From contig CAKVNM010000001.1 in NCBI GenBank assembly GCA_934777505.1, forward strand, positions 92,977 to 156,976: 64,000 nucleotides of DNA, read 5' to 3'. The translations under genes and the position numbers were made by a program. The DNA is from an uncultured Clostridia bacterium (lineage in GTDB: Bacteria; Bacillota; Clostridia; Christensenellales; UBA1242). The notes under the pieces are model-generated. The model saw only the letters and a list, made by a program, of their open reading frames with translations, was not told the DNA's origin and searched no databases. Below, in pieces: positions 1-7,972 of the stretch (within the stretch, counting starts at the first letter, position 1; each line of letters opens with the position of its first letter).

Positions 1-854
1 GAATTGATGTTCCAGTTTTTGAAAAAGGCACTCAAAATCCAGCGGTAACCAGCAAAGAAGCAGTTGAATATGCAAAAAAATATTCGCTCGACACGGTGAT
101 TATCGACACAGCGGGCAGACTTCAAATTGACGAAAACTTGATGCAAGAATTAAAAAACATCAAACAAAGCGTTAATCCAACCGAAATTTTGCTTGTTGTT
201 GACTCCATGACGGGTCAAGAAGCCGTGAATGTGGCTCAATCGTTCAACGAAAGTTTGGACATCACTGGCGTTATCTTAACAAAACTAGACGGTGACACTC
301 GTGGTGGTGCAGCACTTTCAATCAAGGCAGTAACAGGAAAGCCAATCAAGTTTTGCGGTATTGGCGAAAAAATGAACGACCTTGAACCGTTCTACCCAGA
401 CCGAATGGCGTCAAGAATACTTGGCATGGGCGATGTGCTAACGCTTATTGAAAAGGCTCAACAAGCGGTTGACGAAAAGCAGATGAAGGAAATGGAAAAA
501 AAGTTTAGGGAAAACTCCTTTACTTTTGACGATTTCTTGATGCAATATGAAAATGTTAAAAAAATGGGAGATTTGAAAGGACTTCTTGGAATGATTCCGG
601 GGGTTGGAAGCAAAATCAAAAATTTGGAGATTGACGAAAAACAGATTGCCAAAAACAAGGCGATAATTCAATCAATGACTCCAAAGGAAAGACAAAATCC
701 AGAAATCATCAAATCATCTCATCGTCAAAGAATTGCAAAAGGCAGTGGAACAACCATTCAGGAAGTTAACCAACTGATGAAGCAATTTGAACAAACCAAA
801 GAAATGATGAAACAAATGAGAAACGGAAAAGGCTTTGGAAAATTTAAATTTTAA
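1..854 (+). CDS. ffh: Signal recognition particle protein Ffh, C-terminal part (5' end lies outside the window; frame is open from base 3)
   Basis: The translation carries SRP54 G-domain motifs (IIDTAGRLQ, TKLDGDTRGGAALS) followed by a Met-rich M domain. The frame stays open back to the window edge. Confidence 0.95.
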   Translation, partial: IDVPVFEKGTQNPAVTSKEAVEYAKKYSLDTVIIDTAGRLQIDENLMQELKNIKQSVNPTEILLVVDSMTGQEAVNVAQSFNESLDITGVILTKLDGDTRGGAALSIKAVTGKPIKFCGIGEKMNDLEPFYPDRMASRILGMGDVLTLIEKAQQAVDEKQMKEMEKKFRENSFTFDDFLMQYENVKKMGDLKGLLGMIPGVGSKIKNLEIDEKQIAKNKAIIQSMTPKERQNPEIIKSSHRQRIAKGSGTTIQEVNQLMKQFEQTKEMMKQMRNGKGFGKFKF

Positions 855-910
855 TCGTTGTCACACATAGAAACATGTTTGATATATAAAAAAACAAAAG
901 GAGAAAAATC

Positions 911-1159
911 ATGGTAAAAATTAGAATGACCAGACTTGGTGACAAAAAGACTCCATTTTATAGAGTAGTTGTTGCAGACCAAAGAAGAGCAAGAGATGGT
1001 AAGTTTATCGAAATTCTTGGTACTTACAATCCTTTGACAAGCCCAGAACAAATCAATATTGATATGGAAAGAGCAAACTACTGGATTAAAAACGGTGCTA
1101 AGCCAAGCGACACAGTTAGAGTTTTACTACAAAAGGCTGCTTCAAAAGATGCTGAGTAA
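911..1159 (+). CDS. rpsP: 30S ribosomal protein S16
   Basis: The N-terminus [23 protein letters not shown] is typical of S16. An AAAGGAG SD precedes the start, and the gene follows ffh as in most bacteria. Confidence 0.95.
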   Translation: MVKIRMTRLGDKKTPFYRVVVADQRRARDGKFIEILGTYNPLTSPEQINIDMERANYWIKNGAKPSDTVRVLLQKAASKDAE

Positions 1160-1171
1160 TGGAGGCATTTT

Positions 1172-1411
1172 ATGGAAAGTTTAGTAAAATATATTGTGGA
1201 AAACTTAGTTAGCAACAAAGAAGCAGTTAATGTTTCGGTTGAACCAGACGGCGAAAACACTTTCGTAATCAAAGTTGTTGTTGCAAAGGAAGATATGGGA
1301 AAAGTTATTGGCAAAAACGGAAAGATTGCTCAAAGCATTCGTGCCATTGTTAAAACTGCTTCCATGTTGGACGAAACAAGAGCAAGATACTTTGTTAAGT
1401 TTGAAGAATAG
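1172..1411 (+). CDS. KH-domain RNA-binding protein (YlqC family)
   Basis: 79 aa with the KH motif VIGKNGKIAQSIR. It sits in the conserved position between rpsP and rimM. Confidence 0.8.
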   Translation: MESLVKYIVENLVSNKEAVNVSVEPDGENTFVIKVVVAKEDMGKVIGKNGKIAQSIRAIVKTASMLDETRARYFVKFEE

Positions 1412-1426
1412 GCTAAAAACAATTAA

Positions 1427-1451
1427 GGACTTGATTTTCAAGTCTTTTTTT
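1427..1451 (+). terminator. Rho-independent terminator after the KH-protein gene
   Basis: Stem GGACTTGA/TCAAGTCT, then a run of T7 followed by GTA. Confidence 0.7.
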
Positions 1452-1462
1452 GTAAAATAAAA

Positions 1463-1497
1463 TTGCTATAATCGTGATTTTTTGTTAAAATAAAACT
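1463..1497 (+). promoter_or_regulatory. Sigma-A-type promoter giving a leaderless rimM mRNA
   Basis: TTGCTA (1463-1468), 17 nt, TGtTAAAAT (-10 at 1486-1491), 6 nt, then ATG at 1498. No SD is present. Confidence 0.55.
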
Positions 1498-1995
1498 ATG
1501 GAACAAAAAATGTGTATTGGAAAAATAGTAAAACCTGTTGGAATTAAGGGCGAAGTTAAAATTCTGCCCCTAACGGACAATGTTTCAAGGTTTAAAAATC
1601 TAAAATATTTGTTTGTTGAAAACAATCTTGTGAGTATTGAAAAAATGAGCATAAGAACAGATTTTGCAGTTGCAAAAATCGAAGGTGTTGACACTCCACA
1701 ACAAGCCGAAATGCTTAGAGAAAAGTTGGTGTATGTTGACCGCAAAGACGCCGTAAAACTCAAACAAAATCAGTATTTTATCATTGACCTTATTGGCTGT
1801 GACCTTGTTAAACAAGACGGAACTTTGTTTGGAAAAATCACCGATACCGAAAATTTTGGTGCGGGCGATATTATTGTTTTTGAACATGAAAACAAGGAGT
1901 TTAGAGCGCCTTTTGTTAGTCAATTTTTTGGCGAAGTTGACACCGAAAACAAAAAGGTAATCGTGCTAGACGATTTGATGGGAGTTATGGTATGA
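1498..1995 (+). CDS. rimM: 16S rRNA processing protein RimM
   Basis: N-terminal IGKIVKPVGIKGEVKI (PRC-barrel family signature). It lies upstream of trmD and overlaps it. Confidence 0.85.
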   Translation: MEQKMCIGKIVKPVGIKGEVKILPLTDNVSRFKNLKYLFVENNLVSIEKMSIRTDFAVAKIEGVDTPQQAEMLREKLVYVDRKDAVKLKQNQYFIIDLIGCDLVKQDGTLFGKITDTENFGAGDIIVFEHENKEFRAPFVSQFFGEVDTENKKVIVLDDLMGVMV

Positions 1996-2660
1996 AAATT
2001 GATATTTTGTCAACATTTCCAGAAATGTTTGAGCCACTAAAATGCAGTATTCTTGGTAAAGCCACCGAAAAAAATTTGCTCCAAATTAACCTTGTAAATA
2101 TTCGTGATTTTAGCAAAGACAAACACCACAAAACAGACGACACGCCTTTTGGTGGTGGTGCTGGAATGGTCATGACTTGCCAGCCATTATACGATGCAAT
2201 AATGAGTGTAAAAACAGACAATTCGCAGATTATTTATATGTCACCAAAGGGCGAAACCTTGTGTCAAAAAATGGTCGTTGACCTAGCCAAAAAAGAGCAT
2301 CTAATCATAATATGTGGACATTATGAAGGTATTGACGAACGAATTTTGCAACTGTTTGATGTTAAAGAAATCAGCATTGGCGATTATGTCCTAACGGGCG
2401 GGGAAATTCCAGCAATGGCACTTGTTGATGCGGTTAGTAGATATGTTGATGGCGTTATCGCTAGCGAAAGTACCAAGGAAGAAAGTTTTTCAAACGGCTT
2501 GCTTGAATATCCACAGTACACCAAGCCACAAGAATTTATGGGGCTAAAAGTGCCAGATGTTTTGGTGTCTGGCAATCACAAAGAGATTGAAAAGTGGCGA
2601 AAAAATCAGTCGCTTGAAATAACCAAGGCAAGACGACCAGATTTGCTTGATGAAAAATAG
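1992..2660 (+). CDS. trmD: tRNA (guanine37-N1)-methyltransferase TrmD
   Basis: MKIDILSTFPEMF..., DDTPFGGGAGMVM and GHYEGIDERI motifs. ATGA overlap with rimM. Confidence 0.95.
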   Translation: MKIDILSTFPEMFEPLKCSILGKATEKNLLQINLVNIRDFSKDKHHKTDDTPFGGGAGMVMTCQPLYDAIMSVKTDNSQIIYMSPKGETLCQKMVVDLAKKEHLIIICGHYEGIDERILQLFDVKEISIGDYVLTGGEIPAMALVDAVSRYVDGVIASESTKEESFSNGLLEYPQYTKPQEFMGLKVPDVLVSGNHKEIEKWRKNQSLEITKARRPDLLDEK

Positions 2661-2669
2661 GAGTATTAT

Positions 2670-3566
2670 ATGATAATTAATTGGTATCCGGGTCACATGG
2701 ACAAGGCTCTACGAATGATGGAAACAGAACTTGACCTAATTGATGTTGCGGTGTATGTGCTTGATAGTAGAGCACCTTTTTCGTGCGTTAATCCAAAATT
2801 TCAAGAACTTTTGAAATCAAAACCAATCGTGTTTGTATTGAACAAAGCCGATTTGGTTGATAGCACCAATTTAGTCAAGTGGCAAAAATATTTTACGGGC
2901 GAAAACAAGGTTTGCATAACATTAAATTCCACCGAAAGCAACTCGTCAAAAAAATTGCTTGATGCGGTTAAAAATTTGCATATAAAAAAATTGCTTAAAA
3001 ACGAAAAGCGTGGAGTAAATATTCCCCTTAGAATGATGATTTTGGGCGTGCCGAACTGCGGAAAAAGCACTCTTATAAACAATCTTTGCGGAAAAGGCAA
3101 AACAATCACTGGCGACAGGGCGGGTGTTACCCGTGGCAAGCAGTGGGTTACAGTTGCCGACAACCTAGAAGTTTTGGACACCCCTGGAACACTTTGGCCC
3201 AATCTTGACAACACAAAAGTTGCTCACAATTTGGCATACATTGGCTCGATAAAAGACGAAGTTTTAGATGTTTCTTCGCTCGCTCTTGACTTTTTGATTG
3301 ATATTTTAAAAAAAGACGCAAGTTTGATTGAAAACCGCTATAATATTTCGATTGACACATCAAGCATAGAACATATTTTTAAAGATGAAAGCGTACAGTT
3401 GTATGACGATGATGAACTCAAAATGTTCGCTCTTGATGTCTACGAAAAAATCTGTTCTCGCCGTGGCTTCATACTCAAAAACAAAGAATTTGATTATGAG
3501 CGTTGTGCAAGGGCAATTTTGGATGATTTTAAAAAGGGAAGACTAGGAAAAATTATTTTAGATTAG
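2670..3566 (+). CDS. rbgA: Ribosome biogenesis GTPase A (YlqF/RbgA)
   Basis: WYPGHM start and circularly permuted GTPase motifs (NKADL ... GVPNCGKSTLIN ... DTPG). Confidence 0.9.
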   Translation: MIINWYPGHMDKALRMMETELDLIDVAVYVLDSRAPFSCVNPKFQELLKSKPIVFVLNKADLVDSTNLVKWQKYFTGENKVCITLNSTESNSSKKLLDAVKNLHIKKLLKNEKRGVNIPLRMMILGVPNCGKSTLINNLCGKGKTITGDRAGVTRGKQWVTVADNLEVLDTPGTLWPNLDNTKVAHNLAYIGSIKDEVLDVSSLALDFLIDILKKDASLIENRYNISIDTSSIEHIFKDESVQLYDDDELKMFALDVYEKICSRRGFILKNKEFDYERCARAILDDFKKGRLGKIILD

Positions 3567-3567
3567 T

Positions 3568-3906
3568 ATGAATACACATATTATTGGAACAAAAGGCGAA
3601 GAAGTAGCCAAGCAGTTTTTAATTGCACAAAAATATCAAATTTTGCAGACAAATTATAAAAATATGATTGGCGAAATTGATATCGTAGCAAAAGATATCG
3701 ACACCATTGTGTTTGTTGAAGTTAAGGCACGAAATACAGCAAGATTTGGCTTGCCACGGGAAGCAATCACTCCGCAAAAGCAATACAAAATCAGGCAGGT
3801 TGCAACCGCTTATTTAAAACATAACAAACTTATGAACGCAAAAGTTAGATTTGACTGTATAGACATTTTGGGTGACCAAATAACGCACATCAAAAACTGT
3901 TTTTAA
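3568..3906 (+). CDS. YraN family (UPF0102) endonuclease-like protein
   Basis: 112 aa with GEIDIVA...VFVEVKAR, typical of YraN. Confidence 0.8.
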   Translation: MNTHIIGTKGEEVAKQFLIAQKYQILQTNYKNMIGEIDIVAKDIDTIVFVEVKARNTARFGLPREAITPQKQYKIRQVATAYLKHNKLMNAKVRFDCIDILGDQITHIKNCF

Positions 3907-4000
3907 AGCAAGGATAATCCAAATTTTTAGCAAAAATATTGCCAGTAAAAAACAATGTTGTTATATTATGAATATAAAATAATTTTTTTTAGAAAAACAC

Positions 4001-4029
4001 TTGCATTGATTTGTTAATTATGATAAAAT
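4001..4029 (+). promoter_or_regulatory. Sigma-A-type promoter of rplS
   Basis: TTGCAT, 17 nt, TGaTAAAAT (extended -10). Confidence 0.6.
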
Positions 4030-4035
4030 CAATCC

Positions 4036-4106
4036 GTGCAGTATGAGTGGTCCTCTGCAAACGGTGCAAGAACATTTACTGGCAAATAGTTTTTAAGGAG
4101 GAAAAT
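4036..4106 (+). promoter_or_regulatory. Structured 5' leader of rplS (possible L19 autoregulatory leader)
   Basis: About 70 nt of UTR with a CCGTGCAG...CTGCAAACGG helix ahead of the AGGAGG SD. An L19 leader RNA is known upstream of rplS in low-GC Gram-positives. The match to that family was not verified. Confidence 0.3.
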
Positions 4107-4448
4107 ATGAACTTAATCCAAGTTATCGAACAAGAAAACCTTAAAAAAGAAGTTCCACAATTTAATGTTGGCGATACCGTTAAAGTTTTCGTAAAAGTTG
4201 TTGAAGGCGACAAAGAAAGACTTCAAGCATACGAAGGCATTGTTATTGCAAAGAGAAACGGAAGCATTAGAGAAACATTTACAGTTCGTAGAATTTCTTA
4301 TGGAATTGGCGTAGAAAGAACATTCCCACTTCATAGTCCAAGAATTGACAGAATTGAAGTTGTTAGAAAAGGTAAAGTTAATAGAGCAAAGCTCTACTAT
4401 CTTAGAGAAAGAACTGGCAAATCTGCTCGTGTTAAAGAAGATAGATAA
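4107..4448 (+). CDS. rplS: 50S ribosomal protein L19
   Basis: [27 protein letters not shown] is typical of L19. An AGGAGG SD lies 7 nt upstream, so the ORF-track start at 4047 is rejected. Confidence 0.95.
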   Translation: MNLIQVIEQENLKKEVPQFNVGDTVKVFVKVVEGDKERLQAYEGIVIAKRNGSIRETFTVRRISYGIGVERTFPLHSPRIDRIEVVRKGKVNRAKLYYLRERTGKSARVKEDR

Positions 4449-4453
4449 TTTTA

Positions 4454-4484
4454 AAAGCAGTTTTTATGACTGCTTTTTTTGTGC
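4454..4484 (+). terminator. Rho-independent terminator after rplS
   Basis: Stem AAAGCAGT/ACTGCTTT, then T7 and GTGC. Confidence 0.85.
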
Positions 4485-4567
4485 AAAAAATTAATTTAAA
4501 GCAAATTGGTTGTGTTTTTAAAAATTTTATAGTACCATTTTGTTAGTACAAACAGGAAGAAAAATTT

Positions 4568-4795
4568 ATGAGTAGCAAAAGTAAAAAGTTTAGCGAAAAA
4601 TATCTTAAACAAAACGGAGTTGACGCCGAAGCGGTCAAGGAAGAATATGTTGACAAAATTAGCCACTATGATATCTACAACGGCGAAACAATTACTATTG
4701 AAAGTAAAGACGGTCGTGATATTATCGACACCAAACTAACCAAAGACGAGTTTTTTGCAATTTATGGCAATCAAGAGGAGGAGTGTGATGAATAA
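4568..4795 (+). CDS. Hypothetical small acidic protein (75 aa)
   Basis: ORF with an AGGAAG SD. It overlaps the next ORF by 8 nt. I recognise no family. Confidence 0.5.
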   Translation: MSSKSKKFSEKYLKQNGVDAEAVKEEYVDKISHYDIYNGETITIESKDGRDIIDTKLTKDEFFAIYGNQEEECDE

Positions 4796-5180
4796 TCTGT
4801 ACACATATCATTTTAGCCTTCATTTATCATTCAAAAAGGATGTTGATGTTAAGCAACTTGAAAAATTGTTTGGCGTAAAAGCACACAAACTAACTTTTCT
4901 AAAAGACTCAAAGGGCGATGACGAGCATAAGAGTGCAAAGATTTGGTACAAGTCGCCTGACTATAACGAAGTTTTTGTTGACGAAAAAATCGAACAGTTC
5001 ACAACCGAAATGTTTGATAACTTTAAAGATTTAAAAAGCGTGCTAGACGAGTTTGACGGCAGGTGCAGTTTTAGTTTGATTTTTACGCAAACAAAAGAAC
5101 GACCAGTCATTGCATTGACTCGCAAAACTATCGAAATGTTTGCTAAATTGGGACTATATTTTGATGTTGATTTTGTTTAA
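4788..5180 (+). CDS. Hypothetical protein, DUF4279-like (130 aa)
   Basis: AGGAGG SD before the ATG at 4788. Size and the C-terminal pattern (...LGLYFDVDFV) recall DUF4279. This is from memory only. Confidence 0.5.
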   Translation: MNNLYTYHFSLHLSFKKDVDVKQLEKLFGVKAHKLTFLKDSKGDDEHKSAKIWYKSPDYNEVFVDEKIEQFTTEMFDNFKDLKSVLDEFDGRCSFSLIFTQTKERPVIALTRKTIEMFAKLGLYFDVDFV

Positions 5181-5185
5181 AAACT

Positions 5186-5213
5186 GACTCCTTGGTGGAG
5201 TCTTTTTTTGTGC
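5186..5213 (+). terminator. Rho-independent terminator
   Basis: Stem GACTCC/GGAGTC, then T7 and GTGC. Confidence 0.85.
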
Positions 5214-5312
5214 AAGAATTTAGTAAAATAAAAAGTTAGCACATTTGATAGTTAATTCATTTTTAAAATATTGCTTTTTATGATAAAATTAAATGTTTTA
5301 TAGGAGTGCTTT

Positions 5313-6845
5313 ATGCTTTCAAAAGTTAAAAGTTATGGCTTGATTGGATTAGAAGGTTATTTGGTGGAAGTCGAGATTGATATCAACAACGGACTGCCAG
5401 CGTTTGATATAGTGGGACTTCCAGATGCGTCCGTAAAGGAGAGTAAAGAAAGGGTTAGGAGTGCCATAAAAAACAGTGGACTTGATTATCCTATCTACAA
5501 AATCATTGCAAATCTTGCACCAGCAAACACCAAAAAAGAAGGCTCAATTTATGATTTGGCACTCGCTCTTGGCTTGCTTTCTGCAACAAGTCAAATTCCA
5601 GTTCATAGCGTTGACGATTATATTTTGCTTGGCGAACTTTCGCTTGACGGCTCGCTTAGAAAAATTGACGGACTTTTACCAATGCTCATTTCTGCACGAA
5701 ATCAAGGCTATAAAAAGTATATCATTCCAAAAGATAATGCTATGGAAGCAAGTTTTATTGACGGAATAGAAATTTACGCTTGTTCGTCATTAATCGAAGT
5801 TGTAAAATTTTTGAAAGGCGAAGAAGTAATCCAAAAATTGCAAACAAATAGTTACGAAACAATCAAGCAACAAACATCTTCTAGCAACGATTTTTGTTAT
5901 GTAAAAGGTCAAAAACAAGCAAAGCGTGCATTGGAAATTGCTGCCGCTGGCGGACATAATGTTATCATGATGGGTCCACCGGGAAGCGGAAAAAGTATGC
6001 TTGCAAAAGCGTTTCCAAGCATTTTGCCAGACATGACTTTTGACGAAGCATTGGAAGTTACAAAAATTCATAGTGTGGCAGGAAAACTTGACCACAAACA
6101 AGGCATTATTGTTAACAGACCATTCAGGTCGCCACATCACACAACAACATCAATTGCACTCACTGGTGGCGGAAACAAAGCCAAACCGGGAGAAATTAGT
6201 TTGGCTCACAATGGCGTGCTATTTTTGGACGAATTACCAGAATATCCAAGGCAGACGGTCGAAGTTTTGCGTCAACCACTCGAAGACGGAAAAATCACAG
6301 TTTCAAGGCTTAATCAAAGCATTGAATACCCAGCATCTTTCACTTTGATTGCAAGTATGAACCCATGCCCATGTGGCTATTATGGCTCAAAAACTCATCA
6401 ATGCAAGTGTTCGGCAAATCAAATTCATTCATACTTAAACAAACTTTCTGGACCCCTTATGGACAGAATTGACCTTCATGTTGAAGTTGACGGTGTGGAG
6501 TATAAGGACTTAAAAAGCGAAACGATTGAAGAGTCCAGCGAAGAAATTAAAAAAAGAGTTAACAAAGCAAGGCAAATTCAAACCGAGCGATTTAAAGGCA
6601 CAAGTATTCACAACAACGCCGAAATGACTCCTGCAATGTGTAGAAGGTATTGTGCAGTGAACAAGGAATGCGATAACTTGCTAAAAAATGCGTTTGAAAA
6701 ACTAAACTTAACGGCTCGTGCGCACGACAGAATTTTGAAAGTTGCGCGAACAATAGCCGACCTTGACGGCAGTCCAGACATCAAAACCGACCACATTATC
6801 GAAGCCATAAATTATCGAAGTCTAGACAGCAAATTTTGGATTTAA
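5313..6845 (+). CDS. comM: Mg-chelatase-like AAA+ protein ComM/YifB
   Basis: Lon-like N-terminal domain, Walker A GPPGSGKSM and LFLDELPE. 510 aa. Lies upstream of dprA. Confidence 0.9.
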   Translation: MLSKVKSYGLIGLEGYLVEVEIDINNGLPAFDIVGLPDASVKESKERVRSAIKNSGLDYPIYKIIANLAPANTKKEGSIYDLALALGLLSATSQIPVHSVDDYILLGELSLDGSLRKIDGLLPMLISARNQGYKKYIIPKDNAMEASFIDGIEIYACSSLIEVVKFLKGEEVIQKLQTNSYETIKQQTSSSNDFCYVKGQKQAKRALEIAAAGGHNVIMMGPPGSGKSMLAKAFPSILPDMTFDEALEVTKIHSVAGKLDHKQGIIVNRPFRSPHHTTTSIALTGGGNKAKPGEISLAHNGVLFLDELPEYPRQTVEVLRQPLEDGKITVSRLNQSIEYPASFTLIASMNPCPCGYYGSKTHQCKCSANQIHSYLNKLSGPLMDRIDLHVEVDGVEYKDLKSETIEESSEEIKKRVNKARQIQTERFKGTSIHNNAEMTPAMCRRYCAVNKECDNLLKNAFEKLNLTARAHDRILKVARTIADLDGSPDIKTDHIIEAINYRSLDSKFWI

Positions 6846-6857
6846 TTAGGAGAAATA

Positions 6858-7958
6858 ATGGATTATACGCTCAGCGAAAAAGCACTCGTGTGGCTAAATT
6901 TCTTTCAGTTTATGACCATAGACAAAAAGCACAATCTTTTGAGTTATTATGACGACCCAAAAGATATTTTTGACACATTCAAAAACGACTACGAGTTCTT
7001 GAAAAAGATAATCACAAAACAGCAGTTTGACGAAATGCTTGCTTGCCTTGACGAGAAGTATATCGACCACCAAATTGTTAGTTATGATGTTGAAGGAATT
7101 AGAGTTTTAACCTATTTAAGCAAGGATTATCCACAAGAATTTTTGAACTACGACAGTTATCCAATTTGTTTGTATTGCAAAGGCGATATAAGTTTGATAA
7201 AGTCGTTTTCTATCGCAGTTGTTGGAACACGAAAAATCAGTAAATATGGCAAATTTGTAACCGAAAAAATCACACGAGAATTGACTCAAAGTGGCGTGAC
7301 GATAATCAGTGGTATGGCAACGGGAGTTGACACAGTGGCTCACACCACTTGCCTTGATAACGGCGGAAAAACCATTGCGGTTTTGGGTAGTGGATTTCAT
7401 CACATTTTTCCAAAGACAAATTTTGAACTATTCAAACGAATATGCGAAAACGGACTTGTTATCACAGAATACAATCCAGAAACATTGCCACTAGCATACA
7501 ACTTTCCTGTTAGAAACAGAATTATTGCACTGATAAGCAGTGGAGTATTAATGACGGAAGCAGGACTAAAAAGTGGAGCAATTTATACAATCAACTATGG
7601 CATTGAATATGGCAAAGAAATATTTGCAGTTCCGGGGAATATTGATAGTTTTTCTTCGCAAGGATGCAATCAAGTTTTAAAAAATTGTCAGTCGGCAATA
7701 ACTACTTGTGCGGATGATATTTTGCGTGTATTTAATATTGATAACAAATCTCAAAAAGTTTACAAACAAGTACAATTTTCGGTTGATGAGCAGATTGTAA
7801 TCAATGCGATTAGTAACGATGAACTATCGTTTGACGAAATACAAGCCAAAACAAAATACGACACAAAAATCCTTGTTAGATTGTTGACAACTTTGGAACT
7901 TAGTGGAATAATAAAGAAATCTGCGGGAAATTTTTACTCAGTGATTTTTAATGATTAA
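6858..7958 (+). CDS. dprA: DNA processing protein DprA
   Basis: Rossmann core VVGTRKIS...SGMATGVD...AVLGSG. Lies upstream of topA, as in Firmicutes. Confidence 0.9.
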   Translation: MDYTLSEKALVWLNFFQFMTIDKKHNLLSYYDDPKDIFDTFKNDYEFLKKIITKQQFDEMLACLDEKYIDHQIVSYDVEGIRVLTYLSKDYPQEFLNYDSYPICLYCKGDISLIKSFSIAVVGTRKISKYGKFVTEKITRELTQSGVTIISGMATGVDTVAHTTCLDNGGKTIAVLGSGFHHIFPKTNFELFKRICENGLVITEYNPETLPLAYNFPVRNRIIALISSGVLMTEAGLKSGAIYTINYGIEYGKEIFAVPGNIDSFSSQGCNQVLKNCQSAITTCADDILRVFNIDNKSQKVYKQVQFSVDEQIVINAISNDELSFDEIQAKTKYDTKILVRLLTTLELSGIIKKSAGNFYSVIFND

Positions 7959-7972
7959 ATTTAGGAGTTAGA

